Origin: a phage
Direction: 5' to 3' (one strand)
Sequence record: PQ478073.1
DNA length: 64,000 nt
In this document: positions 41,431-48,828 of the stretch, one piece after another
Layout of the letters: each line of letters begins with the position of its first letter
Numbering within the stretch: the first letter of the stretch is position 1
Position numbers and translations under genes: made by a program
The notes under the pieces: generated by a model
The model's database searches: none
Told to the model about the DNA's origin: nothing
The model's input: the letters and a program-made list of their open reading frames with translations, nothing else

Positions 41431-42161
41431 TAAATGAATCCTCCTTTACGTAATAGTTCACCACGTTTGAATGCATTGAGGTTGAACGTTTTAGTCATAT
41501 AATCCGATGTTGGTTGTTCTTCAAGTTGTAACATAACTGAGATTTTTTGTGGAACCCAAACTTCATCTTGTGGGTTCATATATCCAGTACTTCTAAGTTG
41601 TTCGAAGAATTTTCTACTATCCATGTCGGATAAATTAAAAGTACTATCGCTACTATTCAACGGAACTTGAATATAAGAAACATCATTTGGGTAAGTAAAA
41701 TTATAAGATTTTAAAATAACAGGAATATCATTATATGTATAACGACCATATCCACTTAGAAGTAAGATTGGTGGTGGTGCACCTGCAATTGCGAGTTCGG
41801 GGTTATTAGCCGAAGCAGCTTGTCTACCAAAATCCATCAACGAAACAGAACGTATAAAATGAACACATGCCAACGCATACATAGCTTCTGCTGCTGTATT
41901 CGCATAAAATTCACCCTGAATCGTGAAAACTGTATTAGTAGTGTTCTTATAGTTGTTATAGTTACTGTTAGTATGTATAGGGGACTGTGTTTCATACTGA
42001 ATTGACCTTTGTTCAGTAATTGTTGGTGTTACAGTCCAAACCAACCCATTAGTTGGACGCAGAAACGAAAGTAGAGTTGGTTCGGAGCTATCTCCAAAAT
42101 CACCATATACATAGTTAGCACCTGCGGCTTTAGGTCGTAATCGAATTCTACGATCAATCAT
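41430..42161 (-). CDS. hypothetical baseplate-operon protein (243 aa from ATG 42161)
   Basis: Track start 42251 is TTG inside the divergent promoter region; ATG 42161 has a GGAG SD. Product unknown. Confidence 0.45.
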   Translation of the reverse strand: MIDRRIRLRPKAAGANYVYGDFGDSSEPTLLSFLRPTNGLVWTVTPTITEQRSIQYETQSPIHTNSNYNNYKNTTNTVFTIQGEFYANTAAEAMYALACVHFIRSVSLMDFGRQAASANNPELAIAGAPPPILLLSGYGRYTYNDIPVILKSYNFTYPNDVSYIQVPLNSSDSTFNLSDMDSRKFFEQLRSTGYMNPQDEVWVPQKISVMLQLEEQPTSDYMTKTFNLNAFKRGELLRKGGFI

Positions 42162-42207
42162 CTTTTTGATTCTCCATAATAAGGGAACATTTGATGTATT
42201 TATACGT

Positions 42208-42235
42208 GGGACAAACTGCTTTTTGGTGCTATAAT
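42208..42235 (+). promoter_or_regulatory. sigma70-type promoter with extended -10, driving the gp55-like gene
   Basis: -35 GGGACA (42208-42213), 16-nt spacer, TGcTATAAT (42227-42235). Confidence 0.5.
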
Positions 42236-42292
42236 AACATTGATGGTACAAGGATTGTACCTATTGGATTTAAACATGGAGAGTAAAATACA

Positions 42293-43132
42293 ATGACAAA
42301 TAGACCAAAGCGTAAAAAGTATCTCAATAATGCTGATTTACTTCGTGAAATACAAAAAAGTAAAATTTCATATTGCTGGTTATTAGACAAATCATATAGT
42401 ATGTATGATTATATTGTTTTTCATGAGTCAGAAATTACTGCTGAGTTACTAGAAAAAGCTAAGGCAGCACGAATTAAACGACTGAACAATGAAATGCTTG
42501 ATAGTATTCGTGAAAAGGAAAATATGAGTGCTAAAAAAGCTAAAGAATATGCAGATGAACACAATTTAGTTATCACTGACGTTCCAATTGATGAAGTTGT
42601 TATTCGTGTTATTACAGATGAACATATTCCACCAGATACTAGAGTTAACTTTGAACCATTCAAGCATTATATTGTAGATAATGAAGGTATTCTCTATGAA
42701 GTTTGTCGTTCTCACTGGAAAGGCGACCTTGAAACTGGTGAATTCAGTACTGTTCATGGTAAAATTACAAATGAACTTGGGAAGATGTTCATTAAACTTG
42801 CAGAGGAAATCTCACACAAATCTAATTACAGAAACTATACATACTTAGATGAAATGATGGGTGATGCAAGAATACAATTAGTTAAAAACGCACTTCTCTT
42901 TAAAGAGAGCATTCTTTATAAAAAAGATAAACCAGCAGTTCAGCTAAATCCTTTCTCTTACTATACATCATTCGTAAACAATAGTTTTCGTTCTATATTG
43001 AATAGTGAGAAAAATGTTCGAAATATACGTGATGATTTACTTGAAATGCATGGCTTTACGCCATCACATACACGTCAAATTGAAATTGAATTGAACATGA
43101 TTGAAAGGAAAAATGAAGATGGCTCTGTTTGA
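42293..43132 (+). CDS. 55: late-transcription sigma factor, gp55-like (279 aa)
   Basis: N-terminus KRKKYLNNADLLREIQKSK matches T4 gp55 (KPKYNYVNNKELLQAI); lies directly upstream of gp47/gp46 as in T4; ~90 aa longer than T4 gp55. Confidence 0.65.
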   Translation: MTNRPKRKKYLNNADLLREIQKSKISYCWLLDKSYSMYDYIVFHESEITAELLEKAKAARIKRLNNEMLDSIREKENMSAKKAKEYADEHNLVITDVPIDEVVIRVITDEHIPPDTRVNFEPFKHYIVDNEGILYEVCRSHWKGDLETGEFSTVHGKITNELGKMFIKLAEEISHKSNYRNYTYLDEMMGDARIQLVKNALLFKESILYKKDKPAVQLNPFSYYTSFVNNSFRSILNSEKNVRNIRDDLLEMHGFTPSHTRQIEIELNMIERKNEDGSV

Positions 43133-44150
43133 TAAAGCAATTACATTCACTGATATTCATTTAGGTTTAAAGAATAACAGCAAGCAACACAATGAAGATT
43201 GTTTAAACTTCATTAAATTCATGATTGAGGTAGCTAAAAAAAATAATATCAAAGTTTGTGTTTTTATGGGAGATTATTTTCATAATAGAAGTAATATCAA
43301 TATCCAAACACTAAACTATGGTTTACAAATTCTTCAATTATTAAATGATAATTTTGAAAAAGTATATTTTTTAGTAGGCAACCATGATATGTATCATAAA
43401 AACAAACGTGATATAACAAGTATCAATATGGCTCAAGTTTATGAAAATATAGAATTCATTAATGAAATTACAACATTTGATGATTGTACTTTCATTCCAT
43501 TTATGATTGAAGATGAATATAAGTTGTTACCTCAACTAAAAAGTAAGTATGTTTTTGGTCACTTAGAGTTACCAGGTTACTTGCTTAACAAGATGGTAGA
43601 AATGCCTGATCATGGAAAAGAAACAGAAGGTTCTTTTGGTGGTTGTGAGTATGTTTTTAGTGGACATTTTCATAAAAGGCAGTCAAAAACAACTTCAAAA
43701 GGAACTCGTGTAGTTTATACTGGTAATTGTTTTCCACATAATTTTTCCGATACATGGGATGATGCAAGAGGTGTAATGATCCTTGAACATGGTAAAGAAC
43801 CTATTTTCAAATCATGGGAACATGCACCAAAATATAGAACATTTACACTTTCAGAATTGTTAACTGATCCTGGTTATTATCTTCAAGATAATACAATATC
43901 AAAAGTTCAAGTTGATATATCAATAACAACAGATGAGATTAGTTTTATTCGTGATACATTTACTAAACTTTACAACATTAGAGAGTTTAATGTTGTAACG
44001 AGCAAGCAAAGTATCGCAGAATTAATTGAAGATGGTGTTAGTTTTGAAAGTACTGAATCAGTTGATGAGATTGTGTTGCAGCAAATTATGGAAATTGACT
44101 CACCCATGTTTGATAAAAATCTTCTAATCCAAATTTACAGATCGTTATAA
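43119..44150 (+). CDS. 47: recombination/repair nuclease subunit, gp47 / Mre11-SbcD-like (343 aa from ATG 43119)
   Basis: Calcineurin-like phosphoesterase motifs: TDIHLG, GDYFH, LVGNHDMYH, SGHFH. Track start 43101 is TTG. Confidence 0.88.
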   Translation: MALFDKAITFTDIHLGLKNNSKQHNEDCLNFIKFMIEVAKKNNIKVCVFMGDYFHNRSNINIQTLNYGLQILQLLNDNFEKVYFLVGNHDMYHKNKRDITSINMAQVYENIEFINEITTFDDCTFIPFMIEDEYKLLPQLKSKYVFGHLELPGYLLNKMVEMPDHGKETEGSFGGCEYVFSGHFHKRQSKTTSKGTRVVYTGNCFPHNFSDTWDDARGVMILEHGKEPIFKSWEHAPKYRTFTLSELLTDPGYYLQDNTISKVQVDISITTDEISFIRDTFTKLYNIREFNVVTSKQSIAELIEDGVSFESTESVDEIVLQQIMEIDSPMFDKNLLIQIYRSL

Positions 44151-44158
44151 GGGACTAT

Positions 44159-46306
44159 ATGCTAAACATTACACGTATATCTATGAGGAACTTCTTTTCA
44201 TTTGGTAATGCACCACAATCAATTGAATTGAATGGTTCTGACATTTCATTAGTACTGGGTCAAAATAATGATGCAGTTATTGAAGGTGGTGACAGCACCG
44301 GACGTCGAAATGGTGTCGGGAAAAGTGCTATTATTCAAGGATTAGTTTTTGGATTATTTGGGAAAAGTATTGGTAATGATATTAAAATTCCTAACTTAGT
44401 CAATAAAACTAATGGTAAAAATTGTGAAGTAGTTGTAGAGTTTGAAAAAGATGGTGTACAATATCTGGTTGAACGTGGGAGAAGTCCCACGTATTTCAAT
44501 TTTGTTACTTTAGGGAAAGATAATAAAATTGAAGATGAATCAAGGGGAGAAAAGAAAGACACACAAGAAGATTTGAATGAAATTCTTGGTATATCTCAAT
44601 TATTATTTGAACATATTGTAGTACTGAATGCTAACGTTGAACCTTTCTTAGCTTTATCCACACAAAAACAACGTGATATGATAGAAGAACTTCTTGGAAT
44701 AACACAGTTGACGGAAAAAGCTGAAATGCTAAAGGAGATGTATAAGGATACTAAACGTTTAGCCGAACAAGAAAAGTTCAAAAATGAAACTGTAGCTGCA
44801 AGTAATGAACGTATTCAAAAAAGTATTGAGACACTACAAGAACAGGCAAACCAGTTTGAAATTGATAAAAATAATAGAGTATCTAAGTTAAATGAAGAGT
44901 TGAATATATATAAAACTTTAGACTTTAATGACCTCTATGAAGCTGCTGATATAAAAGAGAAAGCTCTTATTCATAACGCAAAGCGTGGGGAAATCGAACG
45001 CCGTGTACAAGAGTTGGCTTTAAAATTTGATGCATATGACCGTGAACTTGAAAGATCTAAAAGAGCATTAAATCTAAGCATTGATAAGCTAAAAACTATT
45101 GATATTAGTGCAGAATTGGAAAATCATAATGAGTTGGAGATATGGAAACAGTTAGAGGGTATTCTAAAAGAGAATAATAACCAAAAACGTTTCAAAGAAC
45201 AAAAACTAAACTCACTAAAAATAGCTTTAAAAGGATATGAATGTTCAATTAATGCTGAAATTGACAAATTATCAACAGTTGAAAACAGCAAATGTCCACT
45301 TTGTATGTCTGAATTAGAACATAACGAACATACTTCTTCAATTAAAGACAAAATCCAAAGTACTATTAATGATCTTCAAGCTAAAATTGATAGTTCTTCT
45401 TCTGAAATTGAAACATTACTTCAAGAAATTGATAGTATTGAGATTTTTGATATGCCACCTAAGCCTGTGACATATTATAATACACTTTCAGAAGCACAAA
45501 TGCATGAACATAAGCTTCAAGAATTGGTCAGAAAGAGTGAAGAAGAACAAATAAACATCTATGCAAATGAACTTATGTCATCATATGATGAACTTAACTC
45601 ATATGAACTAATGGAAGTTCCAGATACATTAAACAAATATGAAGTTAAAGAGTTAGAAATGACTGTAAATTCATTATCACAGCAATTAGATCGTGAATTG
45701 AAGACTACTAACACATTTATTAGCCAAATTAATACCCTGAAGACTGATTCTTTAGTACCAATCGATTATAGCGACTATAATAATCTTGATAAAATGTCAA
45801 ATCACCAAGATTTCTTGGTTAAATTACTTTTAAACAAGGATTCTTATGTCCGTAAACGTATTATTGAGCAAAATATCTCATATTTGAATACACGACTTCA
45901 GTACTATATCGATATGTGCGGTTCTGAGCATAATGTTGTGTTTTTGAATGATTTGAGTGTTGAAATTGAGAAGAGTGGACAGTACTTTGACTATAAACAG
46001 CTTAGTAGAGGTGAGCGTACAAGGGTAAACATCGCATTATCTTGTGCTTTCCGTGATACATATGAGTCATTATACCAAAGTATTAATATTCTTATCATTG
46101 ATGAGATGATTGACCAAGGTCTTGACTCAAGTGGTGTTCTACGTGTGTGGTCTATCTTCCAAGATATGGCTGCTGTACGTGGTAAGAACGTTTATGCTAT
46201 TTCCCACAGAGAAGAGTTACTATCTAAGACTGAAAAAATCCTCAAAGTTGTTAAAGAGGACGGTTTCAGTACTGTTGAATATGCAACCCTTGACGATGTT
46301 TTCTAA
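44159..46306 (+). CDS. 46: recombination/repair ATPase subunit, gp46 / Rad50-SbcC-like (715 aa)
   Basis: Walker A GRRNGVGKS; long central coiled coil with a CPLC zinc hook-like motif; signature LSRGERTRVNIAL and Walker B LIIDEMID. Confidence 0.88.
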   Translation: MLNITRISMRNFFSFGNAPQSIELNGSDISLVLGQNNDAVIEGGDSTGRRNGVGKSAIIQGLVFGLFGKSIGNDIKIPNLVNKTNGKNCEVVVEFEKDGVQYLVERGRSPTYFNFVTLGKDNKIEDESRGEKKDTQEDLNEILGISQLLFEHIVVLNANVEPFLALSTQKQRDMIEELLGITQLTEKAEMLKEMYKDTKRLAEQEKFKNETVAASNERIQKSIETLQEQANQFEIDKNNRVSKLNEELNIYKTLDFNDLYEAADIKEKALIHNAKRGEIERRVQELALKFDAYDRELERSKRALNLSIDKLKTIDISAELENHNELEIWKQLEGILKENNNQKRFKEQKLNSLKIALKGYECSINAEIDKLSTVENSKCPLCMSELEHNEHTSSIKDKIQSTINDLQAKIDSSSSEIETLLQEIDSIEIFDMPPKPVTYYNTLSEAQMHEHKLQELVRKSEEEQINIYANELMSSYDELNSYELMEVPDTLNKYEVKELEMTVNSLSQQLDRELKTTNTFISQINTLKTDSLVPIDYSDYNNLDKMSNHQDFLVKLLLNKDSYVRKRIIEQNISYLNTRLQYYIDMCGSEHNVVFLNDLSVEIEKSGQYFDYKQLSRGERTRVNIALSCAFRDTYESLYQSINILIIDEMIDQGLDSSGVLRVWSIFQDMAAVRGKNVYAISHREELLSKTEKILKVVKEDGFSTVEYATLDDVF

Positions 46307-46317
46307 TTAAAGATAAA

Positions 46318-46340
46318 GGGAGCCTTAGCTCCCTTTTTTT
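46318..46340. terminator. bidirectional intrinsic terminator
   Basis: GGGAGC-ctta-GCTCCC hairpin with T7 run (46334-46340) on plus and an A-rich run upstream; overlaps the stop of the convergent minus-strand gene. Confidence 0.75.
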
Positions 46341-46816
46341 ATATCAACCATATTTAATTTACCGTCCTTAATCAGCTTTCTAGCTTGCTTTACACGAGCA
46401 GTAGTGTTACTACCAGGGACAACTCCTAACCCTTCCAGAATCGCGTTTTGCTGTGTTGCTGGAAGCCTTTTAAACTTATTAACATCCACAGTTAGTGCAG
46501 TGTGATGTATAACTTGTTCATCGTCAGGAATGCTGTTATTACGCTCTAAGTAATCAGCAAGATTTCTGAGTACCTCATATAATGGTTTATCAGTTAAGTG
46601 CTTCATATATCGATTGAAGCTGTTTTGTACCTTTCCTTCCCAAGCATTGACTTCATTTTGAAGAACTTGTCTACAATGTTGGTTACCATAGTGGTAGTGA
46701 TCCAGTACTGGTTTAGTTATTGGTTCTTTAATTATAGGATCTATTCCATTTTGTTTCTTTAGCAATTCGTTTCGATAGTTTGCAGCATCCTTACTATCTT
46801 TTAATCTTTTTTTCAT
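46325..46816 (-). CDS. Endo VII-like (T4 gp49 family) protein lacking the Cys4 zinc cluster (163 aa)
   Basis: Aligns by eye to T4 Endo VII: QNG; LDHYHYGN vs LDHDHELNG; NAWEG vs NAAEG; FNR; L.NL..YL. The CxxC...CxxC zinc-site cysteines are absent. Confidence 0.5.
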   Translation of the reverse strand: MKKRLKDSKDAANYRNELLKKQNGIDPIIKEPITKPVLDHYHYGNQHCRQVLQNEVNAWEGKVQNSFNRYMKHLTDKPLYEVLRNLADYLERNNSIPDDEQVIHHTALTVDVNKFKRLPATQQNAILEGLGVVPGSNTTARVKQARKLIKDGKLNMVDIKKGS

Positions 46817-46846
46817 AATTCCTCACCAAACTATTTGTTATCAAAA

Positions 46847-46854
46847 TATTTATA
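46847..46854 (-). promoter_or_regulatory. candidate late promoter (TATAAATA) for Endo VII-like gene
   Basis: Exact minus-strand TATAAATA ~30 nt upstream of ATG 46816. Confidence 0.4.
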
Positions 46855-46908
46855 GATTAGTTATTTGCAATATTTTAAGTACTTAATGAATATTTTTATA
46901 AAAATAGT

Positions 46909-46936
46909 GAGACAACTTTAAAGTTTGTGCTATAAT
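46909..46936 (+). promoter_or_regulatory. orphan sigma70-type promoter with extended -10, facing an ORF-free region
   Basis: -35 GAGACA (46909-46914), 16-nt spacer, TGcTATAAT (46928-46936); no ORF of 60 aa or more downstream on the plus strand for ~700 bp. Confidence 0.5.
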
Positions 46937-46942
46937 GTTTGT

Positions 46943-47396
46943 TGTAGTAATGACAATCCTGTTGAATGCAGAAATGCATATAAATTAGAACCTGATCCTA
47001 TCGAAAATGTAGATGGCAGATGAGCAGTTCAACAGTGCGATGAGCAAAAGAAACCCGTTAGATGTGGGCATAGTTTGAACCCCTCACGGCAATGCGGCTC
47101 AATAAAGAACTCCGATAAGCATACAGAGAGTTCCTAGATAGACATATAAGGATCGCACCTTACCAGATTTGCTAAGGGAGTTTATTAAGTGATTTTAATA
47201 AACAGCCTGAAGTTTGATTGTATAGACTTTCAGGTGAGTGTCAGGATGATTAAGACTGACGACCGTTGCACATGACTGCGATAGAGAGAAACAGAGCAAC
47301 CCGCTTTCGTTCTTAATATATTTTTAAGAAATTCGCAATACAATAAATGCTGAAACCATCAGCGTCAAGAAATAGAGACTTCATTGTCTCTTTTTT
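46943..47396 (+). ncRNA. candidate ~450-nt structured non-coding RNA (unknown class)
   Basis: Bounded by the promoter at 46909-46936 and a hairpin+T-run at 47374-47396; only ORFs of 21 codons or fewer; locally higher GC than surroundings; several local stems (e.g. CCTGAA/TTCAGG 47206-47234, GTCAG/CTGAC 47240-47260). No tRNA T-loop/acceptor pattern found. Confidence 0.35.
47374..47396 (+). terminator. intrinsic terminator (plus strand) ending the candidate ncRNA
   Basis: AGAGAC-ttcatt-GTCTCT hairpin followed by TTTTTTATT. Confidence 0.5.
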
Positions 47397-47404
47397 ATTG
47401 TCTT

Positions 47405-47424
47405 CATTCCCCTGCGGGGGGATG
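47405..47424. other. GC-rich hairpin (CATTCCCC-tgcg-GGGGGATG) not followed by a T-run on either strand
   Basis: 8-bp stem with G6 run, conspicuous in an AT-rich genome; possible RNA processing/stability element or protein-binding site. Confidence 0.3.
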
Positions 47425-47490
47425 AAAATGTCCTCAACAAATCCCGTCAAGTATTAAATCTTTTAAAGTTCTTTATAATTAATTTAATTA

Positions 47491-47555
47491 AATGAATATG
47501 AGTTACGTAGTAACGAATATTCTTCAGCTAACGAATGAAATGAGTTAGATGAATC
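47491..47555. repeat. iteron-like direct repeats in AT-rich spacer
   Basis: AA(C/T)GAAT at 47491, 47512 and 47530 (spacings 21 and 18 bp) with a partial (A)TGAAT at 47549; TAACGAAT twice (47511-47518, 47529-47536); ATGAGTTA twice (47498-47505, 47540-47547). Confidence 0.35.
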
Positions 47556-47612
47556 CAATAATATTAAAATTAATCCTTTCATAATTCAATTCAAATAATT
47601 CTGTAGTTTAAA

Positions 47613-47641
47613 ACCAAAAAAAACCAGCAACAATGTGCTGG
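47613..47641 (-). terminator. intrinsic terminator (minus strand) after the 69-aa gene
   Basis: CCAGCA-caatgt-GCTGG hairpin (plus 47623-47640); on the minus strand it is followed by TTTTTTTTGG (complement of 47613-47622). Confidence 0.75.
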
Positions 47642-47652
47642 CTATATGAAAA

Positions 47653-47862
47653 TTAGTGCTTCTCGTTTTGTTTTTTAATTTTTTTATTAAAAGACTTAAC
47701 TAATAAGTCTCTATCTATTAATGGCATATTAAGGAGTGTTCCATAGTCAATGTTATCCATATATACAGAACATTCCATTAGTGCATTTTTGATTTCTGAC
47801 TTATTCAGTTCTATCTCCTTCAGTACTTCTTGTATTTCTTCAGGAGATGACTGGAGAAGCAT
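47653..47862 (-). CDS. hypothetical small protein (69 aa)
   Basis: Start overlaps the upstream stop (TAATG at 47860-47864), implying translational coupling; product unknown. Confidence 0.45.
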   Translation of the reverse strand: MLLQSSPEEIQEVLKEIELNKSEIKNALMECSVYMDNIDYGTLLNMPLIDRDLLVKSFNKKIKKQNEKH

Positions 47863-48698
47863 TACTCGAAAAAATGACTAGGATCATATTTTAGTCCATC
47901 AATTTCCCATTGATGATTACATCCATCACATTCTACTTCCATACTATGAGATACACCAATTTCAAGTACTTCATCCATTTTTTCACGAATTAGTTTAAGT
48001 ACTCCCTTCGATTGTTGTCCAAGCCATTCATTAATAAATTCTTTTTCAACTACTTCATCACCATCTGGTGTTATAATTTTTGCAATAACTCCACCAATCA
48101 TATCGAAGTTAAGTTGAGCCATGTTTTCAAATACTTCAGAAAATATTTTTACTTTTTCATCTTTATCAATATCAGCAGTTTCAAGAAACTTAGTCTTCTG
48201 CTGCTCACTGAACATGCGTTCAGCAAACGATGAATATTCTTTCCATGTCAGTGGTCTAAATTCTAAACGTAGTCCATTATCTAAATCAATTGATGGGATT
48301 TCTTCAAATGCTTGTGCAGTTTCAAGAAGATATGATAGATTACGTTCAAATCGACCTTCTTTTTCACATTCAGGACATACAACGTTAATATCATATGTTT
48401 CTTCTTTAGAAGCAACTTTAATAGCAATAAGAAGCATTTCAACGTCATTTACATACAACTCATCAGCGTCAATTACATTAGGAACACAGTTTTCAATAAC
48501 ACGGGATACTGCATCTCCGTTTAGTAACATATCGGGGGTATTAAGTGTCATTTCATCACGTGCACTACGTGCACAAACTCCACATTTGACACCTTTTGGG
48601 CCTAGAACTCCTTCTTTATAAGGAATAACGCCGTTTGTAACTAACTTAGTACTGATCTCTTCAATTTTAGTGTACTTAGCAAGTGGATTCATAGCCAT
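47862..48698 (-). CDS. hypothetical protein with paired CxxC motifs, putative zinc-binding (278 aa)
   Basis: CGVC...CPEC...CDGC motifs; GGAG SD; divergent from the head-module gene at 48829. Confidence 0.5.
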   Translation of the reverse strand: MAMNPLAKYTKIEEISTKLVTNGVIPYKEGVLGPKGVKCGVCARSARDEMTLNTPDMLLNGDAVSRVIENCVPNVIDADELYVNDVEMLLIAIKVASKEETYDINVVCPECEKEGRFERNLSYLLETAQAFEEIPSIDLDNGLRLEFRPLTWKEYSSFAERMFSEQQKTKFLETADIDKDEKVKIFSEVFENMAQLNFDMIGGVIAKIITPDGDEVVEKEFINEWLGQQSKGVLKLIREKMDEVLEIGVSHSMEVECDGCNHQWEIDGLKYDPSHFFE

Positions 48699-48789
48699 TT
48701 TATTAAATCTCCATGTAATAAATGTGTTTTAGTATTTATAAGACTAAAAAAGATTAAATTAAACTAATTTTTATATTCTCTATAGTTTC

Positions 48790-48796
48790 ATAAATA
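48790..48796 (+). promoter_or_regulatory. candidate late promoter (ATAAATA) for head-module first gene
   Basis: CATAAATAT ~33 nt upstream of ATG 48829; a TATAAT hexamer also present at 48801-48806. Confidence 0.3.
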
Positions 48797-48828
48797 TTTC
48801 TATAATACATCTATTAAAAGGGAATGTT

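Noticed and set aside
42162-42251. Track N-terminal extension of the 273-aa baseplate ORF (TTG start at 42251)
   Set aside because: The extension uses a TTG start with no SD and would leave only ~40 bp for the divergent gp55 promoter; ATG 42161 has a GGAG SD. The same logic was applied to the TTG/GTG or SD-less starts at 13546, 19205, 19283, 43101, 53175, 58388, 58769, 60715 and 61336.
46943-47396. tRNA gene(s) in the ORF-free region
   Set aside because: Searched by eye for GTTCRA T-loops flanked by complementary 5-bp stems and acceptor stems; the only GTTCAA (about 47031) has no complementary T-stem. No cloverleaf found.
47405-47424. GC-rich hairpin as an intrinsic terminator
   Set aside because: No T-run follows on either strand (plus: AAAATGTCC; minus: AAGACAATAA), so I list it as an unexplained structure instead.
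46817-47652. Group I or II intron splitting a minus-strand gene (69-aa ORF plus Endo VII-like ORF as exons)
   Set aside because: The Endo VII-like ORF has its own full N-terminus, SD and TATAAATA promoter, the 69-aa ORF ends at a stop followed by a terminator, and the promoter/terminator in the gap are on the opposite strand.
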